DNA of 64,000 nt from a virus: positions 2,853 through 66,852 of IMG/VR virus record IMGVR_UViG_3300009177_000036. One strand, written 5' to 3'. Below the pieces are notes generated by a model. The model searched no databases, had not been told where the DNA came from, and was given only the letters and a program-made list of their open reading frames with translations. The translations under genes and the position numbers were made by a program. Below are positions 19,167 to 28,857 of the stretch, one piece after another; positions within the stretch are counted from its first letter, which is position 1, and each line of letters begins with the position of its first letter.

Positions 19167-21551
19167 TTAGCTACTCCCAACCTGAACGCGGCCTGCTGCA
19201 TTAAAGCTCCTGGGGAAAATAACCCGCGCAATGGCATATCCCCACAGTGTTCCCTGAAGCTGCGCTCCAGCGTCATTCATATGAACTCCATCAAACATAA
19301 GGCCATTGGCCGTAGTGCTACCCTCGTTTGTGGAATTGTATACGGTCAGAGAATTAAAATCTCCCGGGAATACAGTGATATTGTCAATTAGACTATAATA
19401 TCCCGCAACATAGCCCCTGAGGTTATTTAGGGTAGCAGCCCCATATCCGGTGAGACCTGCAGCATTTCCGCGAACACCGTTTAGCCAAGAGGGTGCGCTG
19501 AGGAAAATCGGAACACCTGGAAAATCGCCCTTGATTTGGGAGATGAGGGTCGCCAGCCGGGCCTTAACATTTGCTGGAGTTTGTGGTCCAGAATTGTTGG
19601 TCGTGGCGTCGTTAGTGCCCAGCATAATGTGGATGACGTTGACGCCTGATCCCTGGAAAGAGGTTTTGGCGGCGGGGTAATAATTGCTGCCCTGTCCAAT
19701 AACCCAATCTAAAGTTGAAGCCCCTGGGACACCCTGGTTATTCTGAGTGACTGTGCCCGAGGAGACGATGTTCTGCAGAAACCGAACACACTGCCCAGTC
19801 GAGCCGCCAAGAGATGCGCCTGTTGCATTTCCGATAGTTCCGGTCGGGATAGTGGTGTGGTCGTCATGGGTGATAGAATCACCAATAAAACCAATAACAA
19901 GATTCAGGGTGGTCCCATTCAATTGATTGGACAAGACAGTGAGTCCAGAAGTATCGGTATAGGCTGCCTGATAGTAATAGGTTTTACTAGGAGCCACAGT
20001 TCTGTCCGTTACGGACTGAGAAGCGCCCCAAACCGCAGGAGTCACCGCAACACCAGGAACAACTGCATTTGCCCCTAAGTCAGCAACATTAAGGCTAGAT
20101 GCTGGAAGATTAATTTCCGACCGGTAAAGCTGCATAACATAGGGTGGGACGCCTCCCGTAGGGGCAGTTGAAGTAAATGGGATAGCCCCCTGAACTATGG
20201 TTCCCATGGAAAGAGTTCCCGCAGCCAACGGAGAGGAGGATACAGAAATAGATGCCGATGAAGTTTGAGTAAGTGAAGGTACTGAGGAGGCCCCAATAAC
20301 TTCCGTTCCAGACGAGCCACCAGCAGTGTATGTCGTGGTGCCAACAGTGGAAAGTTCAGGAATGCTGACTGTGGGTGGGGTCGTGCTACCGCCCGGAGGG
20401 CCCGAAAGGGTGGGAGTTAGAACAACGCCGCCGTGCGGTGCCGGATTATCGAGAGTATAGGTAATGGTTGAGGTGCCGCCCGTCGCGATCGAGGTCGGGG
20501 AAGCTCCAGTGGTGAACGATACCGCAGACGTCAGGACGGTGATATTAAGGGTATGCGGCCCACCAGTAATGGAACTGCCGCCACTCTGCGTAAAGGTGAG
20601 AGTATTGGAGCCGATGGTCGCCCCGGACGGGGCAGTCGCAGTGAAAGTGACGGTGCTGCCAGACCCTACATTAATAGTTTGAGTTGTAGGGGTGAAAGTC
20701 CAACCAGCGGGCCCTGTCGGCGTAATGATACAATTTGCAGTACCAACGGTCCCATTAGGAGTGACGTTAATATTGGCTGTGGTTCCGCTACGAACAACAC
20801 TAGAACCACCAGAAACTGAGAAATCAGTGGCGGTGATAGTTTGGTTGGTAACAAGATAGACCGGAGGCCGAATCCAGGGAGTTGTAGGGGCACCGATGGC
20901 GGCAAGGGGTGTGCCCGAAAGGGTAAGATTAACGCCATTACCGGATTGATCTGGGACAGTGGCCTGATTCTGAGGGTCCCAAAAACCTGCAAGATTGCCG
21001 GGCCGTATGTCAAATGGACTAGCACCATTCGCAAGAGCAATCATCTCCAGGTCCGTAAGGACCACATTCCACATGGCGCAGATGCCAACGGTCTGTCCGG
21101 AGAACCCTGAAGGGGAGTGACCAAAGACGTTGATGTTGGTGACGGTCAATCCAGAAGGGAAAGCCGCCGGATTTGCAGAGCCTACAGTTTTGGTACCATT
21201 GACCCAAATAGTTGGGGTGACATTGCCGCCTGAGGTGACGCAGGTGCCGCCAATAGCATACCATGTATTAAGGGTTGGGGCTCCCGCTGCCGGAGAAACG
21301 CCATTAAAGCTACCTCCAGTGATGTAGTTCATTCGCCATGCGTTAAAGGCCGCTGGCTGGTTGAACTCAATATAGAAACCGTTAGCATTCGTCGCGTCCC
21401 AACAGCCCATGATCTGGAGGCCAGTAGAACCTGACGGGGCAATTTGAGGGTTTACCCAGGCAAAAAGAGTTACCGCCCCCGAGGCTCCGGTGATGGCAGC
21501 CGTAGTATTATTATTAAGGAATCCTGTGGGACTAGCGAACTTAATTGCCAT
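19167..21551 (-). CDS. Receptor-binding/tail-spike protein: LamG-like + Ig/FN3-like + SGNH esterase
   Basis: N-terminal LamG pattern (WY.I...IWVNG); GDSIT, GVPG, LGTND, DGVH SGNH blocks. Confidence 0.8.
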   Translation of the reverse strand: MAIKFASPTGFLNNNTTAAITGASGAVTLFAWVNPQIAPSGSTGLQIMGCWDATNANGFYIEFNQPAAFNAWRMNYITGGSFNGVSPAAGAPTLNTWYAIGGTCVTSGGNVTPTIWVNGTKTVGSANPAAFPSGLTVTNINVFGHSPSGFSGQTVGICAMWNVVLTDLEMIALANGASPFDIRPGNLAGFWDPQNQATVPDQSGNGVNLTLSGTPLAAIGAPTTPWIRPPVYLVTNQTITATDFSVSGGSSVVRSGTTANINVTPNGTVGTANCIITPTGPAGWTFTPTTQTINVGSGSTVTFTATAPSGATIGSNTLTFTQSGGSSITGGPHTLNITVLTSAVSFTTGASPTSIATGGTSTITYTLDNPAPHGGVVLTPTLSGPPGGSTTPPTVSIPELSTVGTTTYTAGGSSGTEVIGASSVPSLTQTSSASISVSSSPLAAGTLSMGTIVQGAIPFTSTAPTGGVPPYVMQLYRSEINLPASSLNVADLGANAVVPGVAVTPAVWGASQSVTDRTVAPSKTYYYQAAYTDTSGLTVLSNQLNGTTLNLVIGFIGDSITHDDHTTIPTGTIGNATGASLGGSTGQCVRFLQNIVSSGTVTQNNQGVPGASTLDWVIGQGSNYYPAAKTSFQGSGVNVIHIMLGTNDATTNNSGPQTPANVKARLATLISQIKGDFPGVPIFLSAPSWLNGVRGNAAGLTGYGAATLNNLRGYVAGYYSLIDNITVFPGDFNSLTVYNSTNEGSTTANGLMFDGVHMNDAGAQLQGTLWGYAIARVIFPRSFNAAGRVQVGSS

Positions 21552-21566
21552 TTAGGATGACTCCTA

Positions 21567-22073
21567 TTAGAGCCACACTAGGAAAAACTGAAAATTAGCA
21601 ATTGAAGATATAGTCCAACCCGTGTTATTAAAGGTCACTGCCACCACAACAAACTGGTCTGCGGTTGGGGACGTAAGGGTTAGGGGAACATTGACAACCT
21701 GATAGAAATCGGTCATCGTAGCTGGAGTGCTAGACGGAATTGTAGTCTGAGCCTGTGCCTGCAGAGTTGCCGCCGACGGGGAAGCTCCTGAAGAAACTGC
21801 CGCACTACTGATCGTAAGCTTTCCAACATGGGAAGTAGTGGCATCTGAGGTCAACATAACACAACGCAGATTCAGAGTCCCTGTGGGGATCGTGTCTGGC
21901 ATGGCGAATCGAAGCTGGGCCACCGCATTTGAACTAAGGGAGGCCGCGACCTGAATTCCCATATCGTCAGGGGCCGCATTCCCGCCCGCGCCAGTATAAG
22001 GACCATAAGAAAGTAGCCCCGAAGCAGTCCGCAACGAAACACTATGCGGGGCAATGATAACAGAACCGGCCAT
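21567..22073 (-). CDS. Structural protein
   Basis: Beta-rich, AGGAG RBS. Confidence 0.55.
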   Translation of the reverse strand: MAGSVIIAPHSVSLRTASGLLSYGPYTGAGGNAAPDDMGIQVAASLSSNAVAQLRFAMPDTIPTGTLNLRCVMLTSDATTSHVGKLTISSAAVSSGASPSAATLQAQAQTTIPSSTPATMTDFYQVVNVPLTLTSPTADQFVVVAVTFNNTGWTISSIANFQFFLVWL

Positions 22074-22083
22074 TTATAAGCTC

Positions 22084-22416
22084 CTAGTTGGACGAGATTC
22101 CGGCCTGGATAATGGACAGGGTTGAGGTGCCCGCGCCCGAGGCCTGGACCAGTCGGATTCCACGTACCGGATATGTGAAAGTCGAAACGAGGGAGGCCGA
22201 AGCCGCAGTTGCCGCAGTGTCCGGAGTGTTAAGCCACGTAGTTGCGGTACCCCAGCCCCCAGAGGCAAAGGGATCGTCTTCGGTGTACTGGATGCCCGAA
22301 GTGGCGGCCCCGGAGATTTTCAACCCCAGGGCGATGCTAACCGGGTCCTGGTAGATATCCATGACCACCGGGGCCGAAGTTCCCGTACCCGTCTGTGTAA
22401 TTACGATGGGACGCAT
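22084..22416 (-). CDS. Structural protein
   Basis: QYTEDD...PVRGIRL pattern. Confidence 0.6.
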   Translation of the reverse strand: MRPIVITQTGTGTSAPVVMDIYQDPVSIALGLKISGAATSGIQYTEDDPFASGGWGTATTWLNTPDTAATAASASLVSTFTYPVRGIRLVQASGAGTSTLSIIQAGISSN

Positions 22417-22440
22417 CTGACTCTCCTAGGGCGCAGCCCC

Positions 22441-22947
22441 TTAATAGTCTGACAGGTATTCGATGACAATGTTTGCCACACCCGTGCCCGCATCCGTCGC
22501 AGCGAACGCCCCATAAAGAACCGCATTCGTGCCCGTCGAACCCGAGCCGCCCGTGCCGCCAACAACCGGGCCCATCGCAGTTAGCTGCGCCAGGGAGAAG
22601 GCCGAGAGATTCTGCCGCCCTACTGAAGTGGCTGCAACTGCCGTAGCGAACTGGCCCGAGGTGCCGAGAACATCGATCGAGAGGGTGGCCGCCGTCCCGA
22701 AAGTAACTTTGGTGTCGACGATAATCTGGTCAATGTAAGCACCCGCCGAAATGACTACGTTGTTGCCATTACGGTCGAGAAGGGGGAAGGCGGCGGTGCT
22801 TAGGGACTGGCCTGCGGGAATGACCGCGACCTGACCGATGGTGGCGTTGCCGACCTGTCGAAGCTGGTTCGGGTTACCACTTGCGGGCTGGAGACCAACC
22901 TTCAGTGGACCTTGAAAAACTGTAGCATTACCGGGAGCGGAGACCAT
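22441..22947 (-). CDS. Capsid decoration/cement-like protein
   Basis: TVFQGPLKVG N-terminus, downstream of the capsid gene. Confidence 0.55.
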   Translation of the reverse strand: MVSAPGNATVFQGPLKVGLQPASGNPNQLRQVGNATIGQVAVIPAGQSLSTAAFPLLDRNGNNVVISAGAYIDQIIVDTKVTFGTAATLSIDVLGTSGQFATAVAATSVGRQNLSAFSLAQLTAMGPVVGGTGGSGSTGTNAVLYGAFAATDAGTGVANIVIEYLSDY

Positions 22948-22981
22948 GTCGATTTACCTCAATGAGGGTTCAGAGACCTGT

Positions 22982-23011
22982 AGTTTAACATGCGCCTTCT
23001 GGGAGGGGCAA
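22982..23011 (-). promoter_or_regulatory. Putative late-class promoter TTGCCC-18-TAAACT
   Basis: Intergenic, TGn extended -10. Confidence 0.55.
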
Positions 23012-23020
23012 GTTTTAGCC

Positions 23021-23049
23021 TTGACAAGGGGTGTGGGATGTGTTACGAT
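23021..23049 (+). promoter_or_regulatory. Sigma70 promoter TTGACA-17-TACGAT
   Basis: Consensus match upstream of the 23081 ORF. Confidence 0.75.
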
Positions 23050-23080
23050 AGGATGGTTTGTATTCTAAGGAGCATAGGTC

Positions 23081-23554
23081 ATGACGGTCGTAGCCTTCCG
23101 GGACGGGGTGATGGCCTCGGATTCTGCAGTTACCACAGGGGATGAGTTCTTCTGCACCACACAAAAGCTGTTCCGGGCCAAGGATGGGTCGATCGCCGGG
23201 TTTACCGGAAACCTCAGCCAGATGGGAACGTTTAAACGCTGGTTCGAGGAGAGCTACCCAGAGGTCGAAGTGCCGAAGATGGGGGGCACCTGGGAGACCC
23301 TGATTGTCCACCCTGACCTTTCGATGTGGTGGACCAACGGGAAGGGCCTGCTCGTAGAGATCAAGGGCCAGAGTATGACCATCGGGTCCGGGGGGATGTG
23401 GGCCAAGGGCGCACTTGAAGCGGGGGCCACCCCAGCCCAGGCAGTCCAGGTAGCTATCGATTATAATACGGCGTGCCGGGGCCCCATACAGATAATGCAG
23501 CTAGAGCAGCCCAACCCCCGCCCCAAAAAGAAAAGAGCCCCGAAGGGCCCTTAA
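23081..23554 (+). CDS. HslV/proteasome-beta-like Ntn peptidase
   Basis: N-terminal MT, ASDS, KLF, IGSGG, AVQVAI motifs; AAGGAG RBS. Confidence 0.75.
   Translation: MTVVAFRDGVMASDSAVTTGDEFFCTTQKLFRAKDGSIAGFTGNLSQMGTFKRWFEESYPEVEVPKMGGTWETLIVHPDLSMWWTNGKGLLVEIKGQSMTIGSGGMWAKGALEAGATPAQAVQVAIDYNTACRGPIQIMQLEQPNPRPKKKRAPKGP
23525..23551 (-). terminator. Rho-independent terminator after the capsid gene
   Basis: Minus strand GCCC-TTCG-GGGC followed by TCTTTTCTTTTT. Confidence 0.75.
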
Positions 23555-23578
23555 CTTTTAGTTCACTGGGCGAAGCCC

Positions 23579-24490
23579 TTAGCCAGTTAAATTACCAGAT
23601 CCATAGACCCCACGCCAATCACTGTAGCCGAAGGACTCGCGGAGCCGGGCCACGTACATCAAATCTCCGGTGTGAGGGTCTTCCGTCATCTTGGTCTTGA
23701 CCGCAACACGCTCGAAGTGCTTCATGCCATCAGCGATGTCCGTCCGGATATACCACTTACGGGTACCGGTAAAGCGGTGGTTGATGAAGTAGCCCTTCGG
23801 CAGCTTGCCCAGGTTCTTCAGGGCGTTCAAATCATTGTCAGCGGTGCCGACCCGACCCGGGCTCTTCAGAATACGCTCGGCCTGATACTCAAGCTGACGC
23901 GGAATATGGAGGGACTCGCCGATGGCAGCAACCGGAAGGCCGCGATCATCGAGGAAACCACCGATGTCAATGCCCGCCTGCTCCAGCGAGGTTTCGGACA
24001 AGTCCGCCGCCGTCGCTAGGATGTTGCTGAGGTTGCCCGCCTGGACCGTGGGGTGAGCGGAGCTAAAGAGCGCGACGCCGTCCCGGGTACCGTCTGCGGT
24101 GTAGCCCAGGTTGTAGACCGCCGCCCCGTTGACTTCCGTGGCATTCTTCATCGAGCGCCCGAGCATCTTCGTCAGTCGACGCGCCCCGGTGTCGTAAAGA
24201 TTGTCCTCGATGGCTTCCTGGGTGATCCGGAAACCGAGGGCCATGGTGTAGTGAGTGTACCGGGCAGCGTAGCTTTCCTGCGCCGAGTCGAACTCATACG
24301 AAGCACCTTCAGCCTTGAACGGGGCCGAGCCGAAGCCGGTGAAGAGCACTTCCTCCTCAAAGGCGCGATCCGAGGTCTCCGAGTCGAACAGCACGAGGTA
24401 CTCATTCTCGTAACGGTTATACTCAGTTCCGAAGATCGCATTCAGCCCGGGGACTAGTTCGCGGGCAATGTCACTACGAGTGATTGTCAT
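23579..24490 (-). CDS. Major capsid protein
   Basis: ITRSDIARELVPGLNAIFG, SDRAFEEEV, ITQEAIEDNLY, RESFG.SDWRG. Confidence 0.9.
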   Translation of the reverse strand: MTITRSDIARELVPGLNAIFGTEYNRYENEYLVLFDSETSDRAFEEEVLFTGFGSAPFKAEGASYEFDSAQESYAARYTHYTMALGFRITQEAIEDNLYDTGARRLTKMLGRSMKNATEVNGAAVYNLGYTADGTRDGVALFSSAHPTVQAGNLSNILATAADLSETSLEQAGIDIGGFLDDRGLPVAAIGESLHIPRQLEYQAERILKSPGRVGTADNDLNALKNLGKLPKGYFINHRFTGTRKWYIRTDIADGMKHFERVAVKTKMTEDPHTGDLMYVARLRESFGYSDWRGVYGSGNLTG

Positions 24491-24502
24491 TTAAGCGGCT
24501 CC

Positions 24503-25111
24503 TTACGCAACGCCAGTGGACGAATCTTTGAACGTCACGCCAGCATTCCAGATGACTTCAACATCAGGATAAGCGTCGGAGGCGGTGCCATTCGCGGGCG
24601 AAGGAGCGTTGGTCCCCTTCTGGATGAACTTCAGAATCTTGAAGGGCAGCGTGGCCGTGGTGCCGATGGTGCTATCCGTCAGATATGCCGCACTCTGGCC
24701 GATGAGCGTGGAGCCCGTGCCGAGAGTGTAGTTGGCATTCGCGCCGACCGTGTTGGCCTGGGTCCGGGCCGTGCCCGAAGAGCCAATCTGCGCATCGAAG
24801 ATCGTGTCGCGCGAGTCATAGACCAGAGCAACGAGGTCATTCGCCGTGGTGCTCGCGGGGTAGAACTCCGACCAGCCCCGGACAAACGTCTGAGAATTGC
24901 AGCCCTGGAAAACCCCAAGATACGTGCCATTCTGCGCGGTGCCGCCAGTGGCCGCCACGGCAGTGATCGTACCATCGGTCCCCAGGAGGACCGGGTCACC
25001 CTTGAAGATGTTCGTCCCATAGGCAGACGCGATGGGATATTCGTTCACACGAACCTCTCCCACGTTGCTGCGCGAGGGCTTTAGCCCATACGGCGAAAAA
25101 GCTGTAGACAT
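24503..25111 (-). CDS. Capsid-associated (decoration) protein
   Basis: PYGLKP, IFKGDPV, GVFQGC pattern, immediately upstream of the capsid gene. Confidence 0.7.
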   Translation of the reverse strand: MSTAFSPYGLKPSRSNVGEVRVNEYPIASAYGTNIFKGDPVLLGTDGTITAVAATGGTAQNGTYLGVFQGCNSQTFVRGWSEFYPASTTANDLVALVYDSRDTIFDAQIGSSGTARTQANTVGANANYTLGTGSTLIGQSAAYLTDSTIGTTATLPFKILKFIQKGTNAPSPANGTASDAYPDVEVIWNAGVTFKDSSTGVA

Positions 25112-25147
25112 ATTTTCTGCTCTCCACTATGGGCCGAAGCCCCTAAG

Positions 25148-25606
25148 TTACCCAAAAGTGGGCCGACTACTTACACTCTGTTTGGACTCATCAAAGGTCG
25201 GCATCTTCTCTGTCGAGGCATTGAGAAGTTCCTTCTTCTGTGCCAGCAACATTTCCCGCGCCATATCTTCTTCGCCCCACTCCAGGTCTTCGGCATCTTC
25301 CAAAGAGACCTTCATAAGTACGAGGTCCCCCACAATGCACCGATTACCTGCCGTCTCGTCTGCAACCAACTCGAAAGTCGGATCGCACTTCTTCAACTCA
25401 TCCGGCGTGACGAACTCAAAACCCTCTCGCTGCTTCAAGAGAAAGTTCTGCACATCATCCTTGCCACCATCACGAAACCGGTTTGCCCAATAGAACTTGA
25501 AACCAACCGGAGGCTTGGGGGTCGACAGGACGGAAACCTTCTGGTTCTTCCGACGCTTACGTGACTCTTCCCGACGCCGCGCAATATCCCTACGTTCACT
25601 AGCCAT
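25148..25606 (-). CDS. Conserved head-module protein
   Basis: PPVGFKFYW, REGFEFV, VGDLVLMK. Confidence 0.65.
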   Translation of the reverse strand: MASERRDIARRREESRKRRKNQKVSVLSTPKPPVGFKFYWANRFRDGGKDDVQNFLLKQREGFEFVTPDELKKCDPTFELVADETAGNRCIVGDLVLMKVSLEDAEDLEWGEEDMAREMLLAQKKELLNASTEKMPTFDESKQSVSSRPTFG

Positions 25607-26613
25607 TACATGTTCGCCTTTTCACGCTGGTACAGATAAACCCGGAAAGCATTGGCCTCGTTCTCTTCAAGTCGCTCGAACTTACCATTGCCAATATCAA
25701 CGGGCCTGCGGAGAACTCCGGAATTCAGGATAAGCTTGCGGGCCATCTCCTGTTCCCTGGGCGAGAGCTTCATGTTCTTCTTGACTGCAACCTGTTGGCC
25801 CGCCACCCCAGAACTCCTACCCCCCACTGCCAAGTCCCCTGTCATCTTTCCCTGGGCCTTCACCTTATCCGGGAACATCTTTGGGAAATTCTCTCCGAGA
25901 CGCTTGTCCATCTCATCAAGATACTCTTTGGTCCCAAACTCGAACCCGTCGGCTGAAAGCTCTTTATCCAGGTCGACAGCGTAACGCATCTTCTGTTGCT
26001 GAGCATCTGACGGATTTGTTGGATTGAACCAGCTAGAGTTGGAATCCATCCAGTCACGAAGCTCTTCCGTAACCTGCTGCTGCGGGGCCTGGGCCCTCTG
26101 CGGCTGACGCTCTGTTCGATCTTCTTGGTCCTCTGGAATCGAAGCCTTGACTCGTTCCAGGTCCCTTAGCTCGAAGCGGGCCTCAAGGAGCTTGTCCTCA
26201 AGTTCACCCTGCGCATCAACATCACCAGCATTCCGCGCCGCCTTGATCTGAGACTTCAGAGAATCGATCTGACCCTTAAGGGCCCCCTCAGTCTTGTCCA
26301 CCGCGAGGCGCGTGCCTGCAGTAGCTGTCTTTTTGAGGGTTTCGTTCTCTTCCTTAAGTTCCTGAGCAATGCGGGCATTCTCTGCAGCAAGCTCTTCCGC
26401 GAGGCGGCGGTCCTTAAGGAGTTTCTTGATCCGGCGCTGGGTGCTATCTACGAGTTTGGCCGGGGCGTCGCCCTCGCCTTCCTCTTCAGTACCCTCATTT
26501 GCTAGATTTTCAGGTTCTTTTTCGAGGCCCTGATCCCCGGAGAGAACTTCGTTCTCCAACTCATTTTCGGCTAAGTCAACACCGGTTTTTACGGTCAATG
26601 GACGTGATCCCAA
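25606..26613 (-). CDS. Scaffolding protein
   Basis: Acidic coiled coil, QRRIKKL, W...N.WF, LSPREQEMARKL. Confidence 0.75.
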   Translation of the reverse strand: MGSRPLTVKTGVDLAENELENEVLSGDQGLEKEPENLANEGTEEEGEGDAPAKLVDSTQRRIKKLLKDRRLAEELAAENARIAQELKEENETLKKTATAGTRLAVDKTEGALKGQIDSLKSQIKAARNAGDVDAQGELEDKLLEARFELRDLERVKASIPEDQEDRTERQPQRAQAPQQQVTEELRDWMDSNSSWFNPTNPSDAQQQKMRYAVDLDKELSADGFEFGTKEYLDEMDKRLGENFPKMFPDKVKAQGKMTGDLAVGGRSSGVAGQQVAVKKNMKLSPREQEMARKLILNSGVLRRPVDIGNGKFERLEENEANAFRVYLYQREKANM

Positions 26614-26628
26614 AGTTACACTGCGAGT

Positions 26629-26658
26629 AGTGTATCAGGGTCCTTGACATAGTTGCAA
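26629..26658 (-). promoter_or_regulatory. Putative late-class promoter TTGCAA-18-TACACT
   Basis: Directly upstream of the scaffold-capsid operon. Confidence 0.6.
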
Positions 26659-26665
26659 GTTTTTG

Positions 26666-26965
26666 CTAGGCTCTAGTACGATAGGGCCCGACTCTGATTA
26701 GGTCGCCATTCTTAGAGCGGTCGAACTCCCCGGTATCAAAGCCCAATTCCTTAAGCTTTGCAGATATCGCAGTCCAGTCCTCCCGAGTGAAGCCCTCGCG
26801 CCGCAACCCCTTGACCACGGCCCGTGAATTGTCGCCCACAACTGTAACTTGATATTCCGGGGTGCTCTTCTCGTCCCACGACCCAGTGTAATAGATACGA
26901 AGCTGGGCGCACAGAATCTCAGCGTGTACTAAAGGTATCTCTCTCCTGTCTGGCACCTCTGTCAC
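26666..26965 (-). CDS. Hypothetical protein
   Basis: ORF with GGAGG RBS. Confidence 0.5.
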   Translation of the reverse strand: MTEVPDRREIPLVHAEILCAQLRIYYTGSWDEKSTPEYQVTVVGDNSRAVVKGLRREGFTREDWTAISAKLKELGFDTGEFDRSKNGDLIRVGPYRTRA

Positions 26966-27294
26966 CCAAGCCTCCCAAATAGTCGATTAAGTCCAACTGG
27001 ACCGGCTCGTTAACTATACCATAACCCAAGGTCATTTGCGAGTGATTGCATTCAGGGACAAAAGGGGCCTTGCCTGCCCCACATACGGGACATTTCCAAC
27101 CTTCAGACATTTCAAAACTCCTGGAATTCGGTCTTATAGAATAGCCCAGACGGGCCATTAGGTCAAGATTTTGATAAGCTTTTCTAACTGCTCTTTTTCT
27201 TCATCAGTTGCATGTTTCATAAGTTTCTTGGCTAGTTGTGAGAGGTCTACCTTTGCGGCATTGAAGCTCGCTCGAAGTTGATCTTTAGCGTAAC

Positions 27295-28392
27295 TCACCC
27301 AAAAAGGGTCCCGGAGAAGTGATGAATAGCCTCATGACTTTCGGAGATGCCGACGACGACTTGCTCTCTAGTCCAAGAATGTGAATCAAGGACTGCTGTC
27401 CAGCCAGTAAGACCGGCAGTTTCGGGATCTCGACCAAGAGACGACTCATAAAGCTGAGTGACAAAAGCCGCATTCGACAAGGGGCCATGGGATAGGAACT
27501 CCGGTGAGTTAAGGAAACCATCCACAAGATTCAGGTGTGAATTAAGAACTGAGGCCTCACTCTGAAACCGGGCCGCCCCGTTAAGACCACTCTGCGTTGG
27601 GATCGTCATGTCTGAAACCAGGAGACTAGACCATGCCGCAAGGCCAGCCTTATCCGGCGAACGTCCGAGAAGGCCTTGATATAGAAGCGCAATGGCCGGG
27701 CTCTCACCCTCTTGGGCCATCCACATCCCAATTTCATTGTAAGAATTGTAGTCCATGGCCGCTTGGATTCCGGCCCCCGCGAAAAGGCCACTCATAATGG
27801 AAACCACTTCGGGATGCCCATTTGCCCCCAAGACCCACGAAGCTCCGCCCGATGCCCCCGGCCCATGAACATCACTGAAGTAGTCGAAGAAGATATTGGG
27901 GTCAGATGGGTTCCTCAAAACATCTGGGACATTGACCATCGGCCCAGAAGATACAAAGTTGCCCGCCGAATCAAGAATGGCCGGATAGCCTGAGTAGGTG
28001 ACGGGGCCTCCCGTGAAGTCCTGATTGATACCCATGTAGCCGGAAGTGACGGGGTGGGCCAGTTTCACTATTGCAAAATCCGCACCCTGGATGGCGAACG
28101 GGGTGGTCGCGACGTCATTATAGTGGATGGAAACCCCAGCTATCGTACCATCGAGACCAGTGGCATCGAACGGATTGCCTACTACGGTGTTGTTGGGAGT
28201 TATCCGAATATCAGTGAATGGAACTGGCAGGGGTGTGGCTGCGGGGTCGCCCTGGACTATATCCCAGGATTCAACAACATGGGAAGCCGTGAGCATAATA
28301 TCCGGGGCGATCATAACCCCCGAGCCCTGAGACCACGATCCATTATGATTGTCAATTACAAATGTTACGGTGTTCTGCACGTTGATGGTCAT
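27295..28392 (-). CDS. Trypsin-like serine protease with C-terminal DUF4214-like domain
   Basis: LTASHV (His), DFAIV (Asp), GASGG (Ser); LY..LLGR.PD..GL..W repeated twice, F..SPEF. Confidence 0.8.
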   Translation of the reverse strand: MTINVQNTVTFVIDNHNGSWSQGSGVMIAPDIMLTASHVVESWDIVQGDPAATPLPVPFTDIRITPNNTVVGNPFDATGLDGTIAGVSIHYNDVATTPFAIQGADFAIVKLAHPVTSGYMGINQDFTGGPVTYSGYPAILDSAGNFVSSGPMVNVPDVLRNPSDPNIFFDYFSDVHGPGASGGASWVLGANGHPEVVSIMSGLFAGAGIQAAMDYNSYNEIGMWMAQEGESPAIALLYQGLLGRSPDKAGLAAWSSLLVSDMTIPTQSGLNGAARFQSEASVLNSHLNLVDGFLNSPEFLSHGPLSNAAFVTQLYESSLGRDPETAGLTGWTAVLDSHSWTREQVVVGISESHEAIHHFSGTLFG

Positions 28393-28404
28393 TTAGATAG
28401 TCCT

Positions 28405-28833
28405 TTATTTAGTAACGCCTTTAGTCTTTTCCCAAGTCCGACTGCCCGTATATCCCAAATATCCCACACCGAAAAGTTGCCACATACTGTCCGGGATTGC
28501 CCCAAGCCATGCTTGAAAACCCGCCGCAACATGCGTAGCTATCGTTGGACTAAAAGCTGAAACAAATCCCATTGGCAAAGCAAAAAGAATACAGGTATAA
28601 ATGACATATAAGAAAGACGGTCGGGCTCGTGATGTCCATGGATCAGCGGATTGAGCCTCAGCAAGCATAACAGCATTAGCTGCAGTAATCTGAGCTATGG
28701 CCGCATCACTGGTAGCCTTAAGAATCGCAACTTTTGCCGCAGCCTCATCCTGAGGATTTGGCCAAATCTTATCGATGCCATCTTTAATCAAACTAGATGC
28801 AGCAGCAATCGCATCATCAATTCCAAAGGCCAC
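28405..28833 (-). CDS. Holin (3TM, GTA-type)
   Basis: AEAQSADPWTSRARP, LFGVGYLGYTGSRTWEK. Confidence 0.85.
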   Translation of the reverse strand: MAFGIDDAIAAASSLIKDGIDKIWPNPQDEAAAKVAILKATSDAAIAQITAANAVMLAEAQSADPWTSRARPSFLYVIYTCILFALPMGFVSAFSPTIATHVAAGFQAWLGAIPDSMWQLFGVGYLGYTGSRTWEKTKGVTK

Positions 28834-28857
28834 GTCTGTTCTCCTGGCGCTCTGCGC

